From Vibrio vulnificus CMCP6 (GTDB taxonomy: Bacteria > Pseudomonadota > Gammaproteobacteria > Enterobacterales > Vibrionaceae): a stretch of DNA of 32,000 bases. The notes beneath the pieces are model-generated. The model was not told the origin of the DNA, ran no database searches, and saw only the letters and a list, made by a program, of their open reading frames with translations. The stretch covers positions 1,800,001 through 1,832,000 of the forward strand of contig NC_004459.3 in NCBI RefSeq assembly GCF_000039765.1. The letters are read 5' to 3'. Each line of letters starts with the position of its first letter. The first letter of the stretch is position 1. Positions 7,129 to 16,109 of the stretch are shown here, piece after piece. Position numbers and translations under genes: made by a program.

Positions 7129-8018
7129 TGTTCTGTCCAGCTTTGTTCAATCTGTTTGATGTGTTGATAAAGTTTAGCGTTTTCCGCTGCATCAATCTGG
7201 TGTTTATGCGCTGCTTGCAACAAATATCCAGTGATATAGTCGATTTCAGTGCGGCGTTGATGGAAAACATCTTGTCGCATCGAGGAGTAGTTTTCCGCTG
7301 TTGCATGAATCACGTTCATGATCGTTTGCTGCAAGGTATCGAAAGTAACCTCGATCCCTTCTTTGACCATAACGTCAACCAACTCTTGAGTGATGCGCTC
7401 AAGCCGTTGATGAAATCTCTCATCGGCCAACTCGCCATTTTTACATTGATGAATTGCTGTTAATGGGTTGATTGCGCAGTTGATGGCCAGTTTGGTCCAA
7501 AGCGCCTGTTGGATATTGGGATTCCATGTGACAGACGGTAAGGCGTGATCGAGCACCACTTGAAGGAACTCGCATTGTGCACCTTGTGTATTAAAGCCCC
7601 CCAACTGTGTGATGCCTTGCCCAGTGTGCAAGACCTGCTGCGAATGAGGCTTATACGCGCCATGTGTGGTGGTTGCGACAACGATTGGGTTGTGCGTGAG
7701 CTGTTCTTCAACCTGAGATGCGGTTCCCATGCCGTTGTGCATCAGCAGGATGATGGTATCTGAGTGGATGTGTGGCAATAAAGGCTCAATCGCCGCCATC
7801 ACCTGCCATGCTTTCACTGTGACCAAAATGAGGTCAGCACTTTGCAAAGAGGGTAGGTGACGATGTTTAAACGTCATGGCTGATGAATCATCTAGTTGCA
7901 AGGGTTGCTCAGATGCATCGCCTCTTCCCCACAATGCGACATTGTGCCCTGCGAGTTTGAGTTTTGTCGCCCAAAGTGAGCCAACAGCTCCCGGGCCTAA
8001 AATGAGGATATTCACCAA
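7125..8018 (-). CDS. panE: 2-dehydropantoate 2-reductase (ketopantoate reductase)
   Basis: The N-terminal Rossmann motif is ILILGPGAVGSLWA, and the length of ~297 aa fits the ApbA/PanE family. The tracked start at 8018 is a TTG. The adjacent GTG at 8015 is an equally plausible start. Confidence 0.8.
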   Translation of the reverse strand: MVNILILGPGAVGSLWATKLKLAGHNVALWGRGDASEQPLQLDDSSAMTFKHRHLPSLQSADLILVTVKAWQVMAAIEPLLPHIHSDTIILLMHNGMGTASQVEEQLTHNPIVVATTTHGAYKPHSQQVLHTGQGITQLGGFNTQGAQCEFLQVVLDHALPSVTWNPNIQQALWTKLAINCAINPLTAIHQCKNGELADERFHQRLERITQELVDVMVKEGIEVTFDTLQQTIMNVIHATAENYSSMRQDVFHQRRTEIDYITGYLLQAAHKHQIDAAENAKLYQHIKQIEQSWTEQ

Positions 8019-8075
8019 ACACTCTCAGTAAAAAGGTTTGCTGCAAGGATAATGAGGGAAACAAGGAAAGCAAAT

Positions 8076-8104
8076 AAAAATGGCGCCAACAGGCGCCATT
8101 TTTG
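8076..8104 (-). terminator. Rho-independent terminator downstream of ompK
   Basis: AATGGCGCC-aaca-GGCGCCATT has 9-bp arms at 8079-8100. It is flanked by an A-run on one side and a T-run on the other, so it can act in both directions. Confidence 0.8.
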
Positions 8105-8122
8105 ATCTACTTAGGGGTTCAA

Positions 8123-8959
8123 TTAGAACTTGTAAGTCACTGCTACGTAGTGACCAAAGCCAGATGTCTTGCCAGCTAGACCGTCATCTTTTAGGCCATA
8201 AACGTCTTTGTAGCCTTTAAGACCGTAACCTACTGCAAAGCGATCTGAGTGCCAGTAGATACCGTTAAACATAGCACCACCGTTAGAGGTGTTTAGAGCT
8301 TTGTTGTCATCTTTCATACCAAATTGGTAGTCAATGTAACCTTGGTAAGAAATGAAAGAACCGTTTTCAAAGAAGTAGAATGGCTTGAACCAGTTTGTCG
8401 AGATTTGGAAACCGTTCCAATCTTTCATGTTTGAATCGTAAGTTCCGTATAGATTTAGGCCGATTTTGCCCAACCAAGGAACCATCACATCAGAACCAAG
8501 ACCGATCTTTTGTGTGTTTACTGTTTCACTTGGAACACAAGTAGATTGGTCTGGTGTACAGTTTGTTGCACCACCGCCGCCCCATTCCATAAGAGTTGCA
8601 ACATAAAGCTCTTGGACTGGACCGAAAGAAAGGTCTTTGCCTGTTACCGCATCTAGAGACATACGAGGTGCAAACTTCATAAAGATTTTATCTTTACCAG
8701 ACTTATCACTGCCTTTGTCTGATGTCAGGTTGAACACATCAACGTAGCCATATAGGTCGAAAATACCAGAGCGACCACCAAATTCCATCTCTAGGTAATC
8801 ATGTGAAGATTCACCTGGTAGCTCGTCAATTGCAGCCATTAGGTTAAATTGCATCCACTTGTAATCGTTTTTGTGGATATCGCCATCTGAGTAGTCAGCG
8901 GCCATAACTGGTGCTGAAGTTGCTGCTAACAGACCAAGAGTTAATAGTGATTTACGCAT
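8123..8959 (-). CDS. ompK: Outer-membrane protein OmpK (Tsx-family nucleoside channel / vibriophage receptor family)
   Basis: The signal peptide is MRKSLLTLGLLAATSAPVMA. The mature N-terminus ADYSDGDIHKNDYKWMQFNLM is the OmpK hallmark as I recall it. The C-terminus ends in an aromatic residue (..VAVTYKF), typical of beta-barrel proteins. Confidence 0.85.
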   Translation of the reverse strand: MRKSLLTLGLLAATSAPVMAADYSDGDIHKNDYKWMQFNLMAAIDELPGESSHDYLEMEFGGRSGIFDLYGYVDVFNLTSDKGSDKSGKDKIFMKFAPRMSLDAVTGKDLSFGPVQELYVATLMEWGGGGATNCTPDQSTCVPSETVNTQKIGLGSDVMVPWLGKIGLNLYGTYDSNMKDWNGFQISTNWFKPFYFFENGSFISYQGYIDYQFGMKDDNKALNTSNGGAMFNGIYWHSDRFAVGYGLKGYKDVYGLKDDGLAGKTSGFGHYVAVTYKF

Positions 8960-9269
8960 AAGGGGAACTCTCTATATTTGTAACGGTGTTTAGACGCTAA
9001 TCCTTGCGCTACGTGTTATCCGATTTGCGCGCATCATAGCGATTTAAATCTCAAATAAAAGTGACTTGAGTGCAATTTTTCATCAATTTGAGTGATGTGG
9101 ATCTCCTTTTGAATCGAAAGTTGGGAACTTTTCTTTTGCTATAAATCTAGATGCATTTGTGATTTTGTTGAAATTGAGAGCTGTATGTAATTTGTTAATG
9201 CGTGGAGGGAATGTGATCTAGGTAAAGGTTTGCGCGTATAAAGTGGCGTGATTTTTAAGCGGGGTGATT

Positions 9270-9863
9270 ATGAGAGAGTTGATGCTTTTTCCGTTAAGTT
9301 CGACGGTTTTGCCGGATGGGAAAATGAAACTTCGTATTTTTGAACCTAGATACCAACGAATGGTGAAGCAGTGCTGTGAACAAAATATCAGCTTTGGCAT
9401 GTGCTTGGTCGATAGTAGTAGTGGGGCAAGCCGGTTGTCGTCGCTTGGCACAGAAGTCAAAATTATTGATTTTGATTCATTGTCGGATGGATTGCTGGGG
9501 ATTACGGTGTTGGGATTACAACGCTTCACCATCAAACAAGTCCGTGTTGAGGAAGATGGCCTGCGCATAGCTTCGGTGGAGCAACTGACACAGTGGCCAA
9601 CCATTGAGCTCAAGGCCCCTCAGAAATACATTGGCGACCAGTTACAGCTGGTTCACCGTCAATTTCCAGAGCTTGGTGAGTTGTATCCTGAAAGTGACTA
9701 CCAAGACGCCAATTGGGTGGCAAGGCGTTGGCTTGAGATATTACCGCTCTCAGTTAAACAATTTGACCATTTGGCAGGAACGCAAAACTGTGATGCGGCG
9801 ATGCGCTTTTTGTCTGAGGTAGTCGAGAAGGCTTCAGGCGAGGGAAAGGCTAAACTGAATTAA
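9270..9863 (+). CDS. LON substrate-binding (Lon N-terminal) domain protein
   Basis: The opening LMLFPLSSTVLPDGKMKLRIFEPRYQRMV is the typical start of the Lon N-terminal domain. The tracked ORF begins at a GTG at 9264. The ATG at 9270 follows a G-rich stretch. Confidence 0.75.
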   Translation: MRELMLFPLSSTVLPDGKMKLRIFEPRYQRMVKQCCEQNISFGMCLVDSSSGASRLSSLGTEVKIIDFDSLSDGLLGITVLGLQRFTIKQVRVEEDGLRIASVEQLTQWPTIELKAPQKYIGDQLQLVHRQFPELGELYPESDYQDANWVARRWLEILPLSVKQFDHLAGTQNCDAAMRFLSEVVEKASGEGKAKLN

Positions 9864-9956
9864 ATGGCAAATAATTTGTAGGATCTGATGATCGTTTTTC
9901 TGTGGAATACGTATCAGGGTAAGTTTAAGTAAAGTCGGCGACAAAAAGGATAAGTT

Positions 9957-10550
9957 ATGCGGACTCCGGTAGCGAACAGCCCTAGCTCGATGTCTAAGCA
10001 AGACTGGGCCGAGTGCATGGCGAAAGTGAAAGACAAAGACAAGCAAGCATTTGCCGTCGTGTTTCAACACTTTGCGCCCAAGTTAAAACAGTTTGCGTTT
10101 AAACATGTTGGCAATGAGCAAGTTGCCATGGAAATGGTGCAGGAAACCATGACAACAGTGTGGCATAAAGCACATCTGTTTGACGCTGAGAAAAGTGCGC
10201 TGTCGACTTGGGTCTACACCATCATCCGTAATCTGTGCTTTGACTTACTTAGGAAGCAGCGCGGCAAGGATTTGCACATTCATGCAGACGATATTTGGCC
10301 GTCAGATTACTATCCTTTAGACCTTGTTGAACGCTATAGCCCAGAGCAAGACATGCTCAAAGAGCAGGTTATGCGTTTTTTGGATTGTTTACCCAAGGCC
10401 CAGCGAGATGTTCTGCAGGCTGTTTATATAGAAGACTTACCTCACCAGCAGGTTGCTGAGATGTTCGACATTCCTTTAGGTACCGTTAAATCACGATTGA
10501 GATTGGCAGTAGAAAAGCTTAGACACACAATGCAGGCGGATAAATTATGA
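9957..10550 (+). CDS. ECF-type RNA polymerase sigma-70 factor (partner of ChrR)
   Basis: Region 2 reads STWVYTIIRNLCFDLLRKQR. Region 4 reads DVLQAVYIEDLPHQQVAEMFDIPLGTVKSRLRLA. The stop overlaps the downstream anti-sigma start (ATGA at 10547-10550). Confidence 0.85.
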   Translation: MRTPVANSPSSMSKQDWAECMAKVKDKDKQAFAVVFQHFAPKLKQFAFKHVGNEQVAMEMVQETMTTVWHKAHLFDAEKSALSTWVYTIIRNLCFDLLRKQRGKDLHIHADDIWPSDYYPLDLVERYSPEQDMLKEQVMRFLDCLPKAQRDVLQAVYIEDLPHQQVAEMFDIPLGTVKSRLRLAVEKLRHTMQADKL

Positions 10551-11215
10551 GTACACATCCTAACAACATGTTGCTACAGGCGTACGCAAGTGGAGAAATT
10601 GATGCTGTCTCTGGTCTAGTCGTTGCAACGCATCTAGAAGTTTGCCCTGATTGTCGAGATCTGGTTGCTCAATTTGAGGGGGAGCAAGCGCAACATTTTG
10701 CAGCTGGGAAGCAAGATGAAATGAGTGCGCTGTCGCTGTTTGATGCGATGTTTGATGACATCGTTCAAAGTGATGTGAAAGAAGATGTGCGAGAGGTCTA
10801 CGAACCAAGATACATTGAGGTGAAGGGGAAGCGTTTTGTTCTTCCACAGACACTTTGCCGTTATGCAGACCTAATGTCGGAATGGCGCAGTTACGGTGGC
10901 AAGGTGTTCAGTTCACAATTGGATTTTGGTGAAGAGGCAAGAGTGAATCTGATGTACATCAGCGAAGGCGTACAGATCCCGCAACACACCCACAAAGGGT
11001 TGGAAACAACATTGGTGCTACATGGCAGCTTTAGTGATGAAGATGGTGAATATCAGCAGGGTGATTTCATGCAGCGTGACGCCAGTGTGAAGCACAGTCC
11101 TAAAACCAAAGCTGGGGAAGATTGCTTGTGCCTAACCGTGCTGACCGATCCACTGATTTTTACCCAAGGGGTGGCCAGAGTCTTTAATTTGTTTGGTAAA
11201 GGACTTTACCCTTAA
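10547..11215 (+). CDS. chrR: Anti-sigma factor ChrR (zinc-binding ZAS N-domain plus C-terminal cupin)
   Basis: HLEVCPDC matches the ZAS motif H-x3-C-x2-C. The C-terminal cupin signature is PQHTHKGLETTLVLHGSF. The gene is translationally coupled to the ECF sigma gene. Confidence 0.8.
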   Translation: MSTHPNNMLLQAYASGEIDAVSGLVVATHLEVCPDCRDLVAQFEGEQAQHFAAGKQDEMSALSLFDAMFDDIVQSDVKEDVREVYEPRYIEVKGKRFVLPQTLCRYADLMSEWRSYGGKVFSSQLDFGEEARVNLMYISEGVQIPQHTHKGLETTLVLHGSFSDEDGEYQQGDFMQRDASVKHSPKTKAGEDCLCLTVLTDPLIFTQGVARVFNLFGKGLYP

Positions 11216-11263
11216 CCAGAGATGATCGGCGCTGCCTTCAAAATGAGAATGCATCAAACGAGA

Positions 11264-11287
11264 AAAGGCTTGCCAATGCAAGCCTTT
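11264..11287. terminator. Bidirectional rho-independent terminator between chrR and ampG
   Basis: AAAGGCTTGC-caat-GCAAGCCTTT is a perfect 10-bp stem lying between the two convergent genes. Confidence 0.75.
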
Positions 11288-11318
11288 GTCGTGAAGGAGC
11301 CACGCACACAAAGTGGAT

Positions 11319-12719
11319 TTAACTTTGTTGTGCGTCGATGTTGTCGTGAGGTTTTGGCTCTTCTTCGCTCGATTCCTTTCTCGCTTTTTCAAGCAAATCA
11401 TGGAAGTAATGACGCAGCGAATAGAGCATGATCAAGCTTGGGATAACCATCAGAGCTGTAATAACAAAGAACACAGACCAGTTGTCCAAGTAGTCCACCA
11501 ACTCACCACTAAAGGAGGCTAAGGTCGTTCGACCAAAGTTACCCAGTGATGCCAGCAGAGCGTACTGCGTCGCCGAGAAGGCTTGTCCCGTCACCATGGT
11601 TAAGAAGGAGACGAACGCAACGGTTGAAAACGCAGAAGTAAAGTTGTCGACAATCAACGTCGCCAAGAACAGATTTTCATTCGGACCGACTTGCGCCATC
11701 CAAGCGAACATCAAGTTACTGGCTGCCATAGCGATTCCGCCAATCATCAAACCACGAACAATACCGAATTTAACGTTGATCATGCTGCCGACCAGCGTAA
11801 AGAAGATGGTGATACCCCAACCAAGCAACTTAGAGTAATAGCCAATTTGCTCATTGCTAAAGCCCACTTCTTTGTAGAAAGTGATCGACATTCGGCCTAA
11901 GAACGCTTCGCCAATCTTAAACAAGAAGACAAAGAGCAGTAGAGTCAGTGCCACTCGGACGCCATTACGCTTGAAGAAATCAAGGAAAGGCTCGACCACG
12001 GTGACCGTCAACCATGCGACCACTTTGGAACCCACCAATTGGTTGTGGCGCTGTTCGGCCTCTTGTTGCAATTGCTCTCGGCGCGTGGTGGGCTCGCCAA
12101 CCAGTAACGTAAAAATCATCAAGAGCGCGACAATGGCCGCCATGCCGTAATATACGCCGTTCCAGCCGATTGAATCGGCATTAATAAAGGCGAGATAACC
12201 AGGCAAGGAATAGCCTGTCCACCAACCAATAACAGCCATCGCCGATGCTTGTGGCAGTTTGGATGAATCGGATTTCGGGAAGGTATCGATACGGAACGCA
12301 TCGATAGCGATATCCTGTGTTGCTGAAGCGATGGCGATGCCAAGTGCAAGCGCCGACGTCAGCATGAGATTGTTGGCCGGATTGACTCCTGCGATCAACA
12401 AAGTACAAATCAGTACTAAGGATTGGCAGAGAAATATCCAACTGCGGCGTTGACCCAGAGAGCGATGAAGTAGAGGAAGCTTTACTCGGTCTACCAAAGG
12501 TGCCCAAAGAAAGTTAATGGCGTACACAGCAAAGACACTGCCAAAGTAGCCAATAGCAGCACGCGTCAAACCCGCATCTTTTAGCCAGCCAGACATGTTT
12601 GAACCAATGAGCACCCACGGGAAACCACTGGAACAGCCCAGCATAAAGACCCAAAGCAAGCGTCGATCAAGATAACTTTGTACAGTTTCACGCCATGAAA
12701 CTGTTGGTGATGAAGACAT
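11319..12719 (-). CDS. ampG: Muropeptide (anhydromuropeptide) permease AmpG, MFS
   Basis: The 466-aa polytopic protein has the N-terminus ...YLDRRLLWVFMLGCSSGFPWVLIGSNMSGWLKDAG typical of AmpG. It lies downstream of yajG, as in E. coli. Confidence 0.85.
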   Translation of the reverse strand: MSSSPTVSWRETVQSYLDRRLLWVFMLGCSSGFPWVLIGSNMSGWLKDAGLTRAAIGYFGSVFAVYAINFLWAPLVDRVKLPLLHRSLGQRRSWIFLCQSLVLICTLLIAGVNPANNLMLTSALALGIAIASATQDIAIDAFRIDTFPKSDSSKLPQASAMAVIGWWTGYSLPGYLAFINADSIGWNGVYYGMAAIVALLMIFTLLVGEPTTRREQLQQEAEQRHNQLVGSKVVAWLTVTVVEPFLDFFKRNGVRVALTLLLFVFLFKIGEAFLGRMSITFYKEVGFSNEQIGYYSKLLGWGITIFFTLVGSMINVKFGIVRGLMIGGIAMAASNLMFAWMAQVGPNENLFLATLIVDNFTSAFSTVAFVSFLTMVTGQAFSATQYALLASLGNFGRTTLASFSGELVDYLDNWSVFFVITALMVIPSLIMLYSLRHYFHDLLEKARKESSEEEPKPHDNIDAQQS

Positions 12720-12775
12720 AACCTATCCTTGTAGTTAGTAGAATACGCCCCTTGCGTTGCAAAGGGCGGGGATAT

Positions 12776-13321
12776 TTATGGGAGTAGTGTGGCCTTGGTG
12801 ATCACGATTGGTTCCACGGGAATATCTCTCATGTAGCCTTGGCTTTTGGTCGGTTTGCTCGCCATCTGTTGAATGACGTCAAACCCTTCGGTGACTTGAC
12901 CAAAAACGGCGTAACCTGGAGGTTGGAGGTCATAGTCGAGAAACTCGTTATCCACCAAGTTGATAAAGAATTGTCGTGTCGCAGAGTTAGGATCTTGAGT
13001 TCGAGCCATTGCGATAGAGCCCGTCACGTTCTTCAGACCATTACTTGCTTCGTTCTTTATTGGTGCGTAACTGGGTAGACGATTCATTTTCTCATCAAAA
13101 CCACCACCTTGCGCCATAAAACCAGGAATGATACGGTGAAATTGAGATCCAACGTAACTGCCATCTTTCACGTATTTTACGAAGTTTTCGACGCTAATCG
13201 GCGCTTTTTCTTCATTTAACTCAACAGTGAAATTCCCCAGAGAGGTTTCGAATTCAACTTTTGGCCCCGCCAAGGCGAGGCTACTCGTGAGTACGAGTGA
13301 TGCACAGATAACTTTGAGCAT
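12776..13321 (-). CDS. ppiA: Periplasmic cyclophilin-type peptidyl-prolyl cis-trans isomerase
   Basis: A signal peptide is present. The cyclophilin motifs are FHRIIPGFMAQGGGF and SIAMARTQDPNSATRQFFIN. Its ATG overlaps the yajG stop by 1 nt (TAATG at 13319-13323). Confidence 0.8.
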   Translation of the reverse strand: MLKVICASLVLTSSLALAGPKVEFETSLGNFTVELNEEKAPISVENFVKYVKDGSYVGSQFHRIIPGFMAQGGGFDEKMNRLPSYAPIKNEASNGLKNVTGSIAMARTQDPNSATRQFFINLVDNEFLDYDLQPPGYAVFGQVTEGFDVIQQMASKPTKSQGYMRDIPVEPIVITKATLLP

Positions 13322-13890
13322 TAGAAACGTTCCTTCATGTAGCTTTGCAGTTCTTGGTCATTGGCAATCTCAGCAAGGACTAATGTGATCACATCATTTA
13401 GCACTTTTTCCACTTCTTGATCAGAAGCGCTGAGCATACCACTACGAGTCGCACTGCCATTGTATGTTTTGACCAGTTTCCCTTTCGGTGTCTCTGCGGT
13501 GATTTCTAGAATCACTTTCGCGTCCATTTCGTTTTCCATTACGGAATGCTTTACATTGACCAATGCTTCTTGAACTTCAAGGCTGATCAGGTTGTTACTG
13601 TTTAAATCCGCTTTGTAGCCTTGTGACGCGAACTGCTGCTGCAGCAAGGTTTCAAGCGTAATGCGCATGTTTTGTTTAGCGTGTAGCGGTAGGATGTTCG
13701 AACGGCCACTGTCAATCAGCGCTACGTACTGCGCTGCACGTACATCTTTACTGGTCATGCTGTATGTTTTGTTCTGCACCATTGGATTTGTACTCAACGT
13801 TGCGGTTGGCGCAAGATTAAGTTGTTCTGGTTGAGGGGCTGAACAAGCAGAAAGTAGTGCGATAGACGCAGCTAAAACCAATTTTTTCAT
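13321..13890 (-). CDS. yajG: YajG-family lipoprotein
   Basis: The lipobox is LLSAC. The size (~189 aa) and the conserved position upstream of ampG both fit YajG. Confidence 0.7.
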   Translation of the reverse strand: MKKLVLAASIALLSACSAPQPEQLNLAPTATLSTNPMVQNKTYSMTSKDVRAAQYVALIDSGRSNILPLHAKQNMRITLETLLQQQFASQGYKADLNSNNLISLEVQEALVNVKHSVMENEMDAKVILEITAETPKGKLVKTYNGSATRSGMLSASDQEVEKVLNDVITLVLAEIANDQELQSYMKERF

Positions 13891-13970
13891 CGTATATTCC
13901 TTTTCTAGCAGCAGAGGCTGTACGTAAACGTATATTAAAGTGAAGATTGTCTTTAATTAAAACTAGCAGG

Positions 13971-15101
13971 CTATTTAGTTGCCTGTAAAATCACAAACTT
14001 ACTATTAGAAGCGACTAATTTCACATTCTTGTCACCATAAAGGCGCTTGAGTTTTCCATCATAACCAAGGTGGCGATTGCCGATCACTTGCAGTTTGCCC
14101 CCTCTTTTAAGGACACGTTTGGCGTCGCAAAACATCTGCCAAGCAATGTGATCCGTGATCGCTTGTTGTTGATGGAAAGGGGGGTTGCATAAAATCAGAT
14201 CGGCGATCTCGCCTGCAAACCCGTCCAAACAGTTATTGGCAATATACTCAGCATCCACTGATGCTGTGACATTTTCTTGTAAATTGAGGCGAGCGGACTC
14301 AATGGCCATGTAGCTTTCATCCACCAAGGTGAATTTCGCTTTCGGGTTGAGCTGCGCGGCTTTGACGGATAACACCCCGTTACCACAGCCTAAATCGATA
14401 ATGTGCTTGAGGTTATCATCTTGCGGGATGTGCTCGAGCATAAAACGCGCGCCCAAATCGAGACTCTCACCAGAATAGACGTTTGGCAAGTTGTTGAGTG
14501 TCATCTTGTGTTCTTCAACATTCCAACGAGTCACTGGGCTGATGTCATTCATTTGCGCACAGTCTGCTTGGCAAAAAACGAGACGATGTTTTTTCCAAGC
14601 AAGAGAGGTTTTTGTGGTCCCTAGATACTTTTCAAACAGTTTGAGGGTTGAGGTATGGATTTCTTTGGCTTTATTCACGGCGACCACTGGGACGTCTGGT
14701 GAGAGCGTTTTACGCAATTGAGTTAACTGCCAAGTCAAATGACGGTTGTTTTTTGGAAGTTGAAATAACACCAAACTGGTCTCTGTAGGAATTGCGTCTA
14801 GCGTGGTCAGTAGCTTTACTTCACGGCATTGATTTCGTTGTAAATTTTCTTTTGCCCCTTGCTGAGAGATAAAAGAATCACTCATCATAGTGACTTGGTG
14901 TTGAGCAGAAAACCAGCATGATAGAGCGCCGAAGTGATCGTTCAGGATAAGAATATTCTGTGGGGTGTCTAAGGCCAACTCTTCCACATAATTGATCAAG
15001 TATTCATCGCCCGCGTCCCATGCTTGCAGGGTTTCATTGGCGTTGTTTGGGTATCTGAATAGGGTGAGTTGTCGGTCAAAGAGATTGAGTTCGGTTTTCA
15101 T
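13971..15101 (-). CDS. rlmG: 23S rRNA (guanine-N2)-methyltransferase RlmG
   Basis: The 376-aa product has a SAM motif IIDLGCGNGVLS and a catalytic NPPFH motif (LCNPPFHQQ). The two-domain size matches RlmG rather than the shorter RsmC. Confidence 0.75.
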   Translation of the reverse strand: MKTELNLFDRQLTLFRYPNNANETLQAWDAGDEYLINYVEELALDTPQNILILNDHFGALSCWFSAQHQVTMMSDSFISQQGAKENLQRNQCREVKLLTTLDAIPTETSLVLFQLPKNNRHLTWQLTQLRKTLSPDVPVVAVNKAKEIHTSTLKLFEKYLGTTKTSLAWKKHRLVFCQADCAQMNDISPVTRWNVEEHKMTLNNLPNVYSGESLDLGARFMLEHIPQDDNLKHIIDLGCGNGVLSVKAAQLNPKAKFTLVDESYMAIESARLNLQENVTASVDAEYIANNCLDGFAGEIADLILCNPPFHQQQAITDHIAWQMFCDAKRVLKRGGKLQVIGNRHLGYDGKLKRLYGDKNVKLVASNSKFVILQATK

Positions 15102-15308
15102 ACAATGGTGTTTGTTTCATTGAGTTTTAACGATATTCTCGCAGAAGGATAGCAAACAAGATAGGCACAGCTAGCAAAAAACACTCAGGGATCTTCGTCT
15201 AAGTAGTGAGACATTGTTAGAATGATGGCTGTTATTTAAGTGTGTGTAAGAAATTTCACGTTGGTTCGACTTATACTTTTTAAGTCGGTGAGTAGAGAGG
15301 GTTTGAAT

Positions 15309-15620
15309 ATGATTCAAGAAATCATAGAGACAAAATTACACAATACATTTGAACCTAGTCACTTGAGTGTGGTGAATGAGAGCTACATGCACAATGTACC
15401 ACCGGGTTCGGAAAGTCACTTCAAGGTGATTGTGGTGAGCGATCTTTTTGAAGGTAAAAGATTGATCGCCAGACATCGTTTAGTGAATCAAGCATTGGCG
15501 AATGAGTTGGAAAATAACATCCACGCTTTGGCGATTCATACCTATACTGTTCAGGAATGGAAGCTACAGCGAGATGGCGCGCCAGATAGCCCGATGTGTA
15601 TGGGTGGTACCAGCCACTGA
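15309..15620 (+). CDS. bolA: BolA family transcriptional regulator / Fe-S trafficking factor
   Basis: The ATG at 15309 follows AGAGAGG. The product [37 protein letters not shown]...HALAIHTYT aligns with E. coli BolA from memory. The tracked ORF start at 15240 is a spurious extension. Confidence 0.85.
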   Translation: MIQEIIETKLHNTFEPSHLSVVNESYMHNVPPGSESHFKVIVVSDLFEGKRLIARHRLVNQALANELENNIHALAIHTYTVQEWKLQRDGAPDSPMCMGGTSH

Positions 15621-15664
15621 GCGATTTCTAACCTGAAGTGTTAAATTTTCAGTTGTTCTATTCA

Positions 15665-15690
15665 AAAAGATGGTCAAGCCATCTTTTTTT
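15665..15690 (+). terminator. Probable rho-independent terminator after bolA
   Basis: AAGATGG-tcaag-CCATCTT is followed by a T7 run. Confidence 0.6.
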
Positions 15691-15748
15691 CTATGTGTAC
15701 AAAACCGACAAATTGCGTGACAAATTTGGTTAAGAAATGCGTTAACAC

Positions 15749-15808
15749 TGTTTCAACAAATGAACAGAATGAATAGGATGTTTCAAACTATGAATCTCAC
15801 CTATTCAT
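15749..15808. repeat. Phased direct repeat plus inverted repeat in the nqr upstream region
   Basis: TGTTTCAACAAATGAA (15749-15764) and TGTTTCAAACTATGAA (15779-15794) match at 13/16 positions and lie 30 bp apart. ATGAATAGG (15769-15777) and CCTATTCAT (15800-15808) form 9-bp inverted arms. Confidence 0.5.
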
Positions 15809-16109
15809 CTGGCACGATGGTTTTGGGCCATTTGTGCGACGTGTCAAAGTTATGAACAATAGTTAGCCTATATCTATCAATTCTTTCCAAATAATACGGC
15901 TAATGCGTTTATTGGTCATGGCATCGCGTTTGGAAAAGATGCTAAACTATCGCACCTGATAAATCTCTCCACTAAACTGTGAAGCGATTTTTAATAGGAT
16001 GTTGCGATTTTGGCGTTTAAAACATCGCCAAAACCGGACACTGATGTCGTGTCTAAAAGTTACGCAATCATAAAGAATCTTTTTCCCGATAAAAGTAGTG
16101 CAAGTGCGT

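Noticed and set aside
9218-9613. A 131-aa minus-strand ORF overlapping the Lon-domain gene. Similar antisense ORFs occur inside ampG (11596-12453), nqrM (23160-23399), rlmG and the chitinase gene.
   Set aside because: All of them lie antisense to genes with clear family signatures and lack start-site context. They are shadow ORFs.
15833-15848. A CRP-like site, TGTGCgacgtgTCAAA, upstream of nqrA.
   Set aside because: It matches only 8/10 of the TGTGA-N6-TCACA core positions, and I cannot score it against background or check conservation. That is too weak to call.
15760-15855. A 31-codon Met-rich mini-ORF (MNRMNRMFQTMNLTYSSGTMVLGHLCDVSKL) in the nqr upstream region.
   Set aside because: Its ATG codons are simply the ATGAA cores of the DNA repeats described above. 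No Shine-Dalgarno sequence precedes any of them. I treat the region as a DNA-level regulatory repeat rather than a leader peptide.
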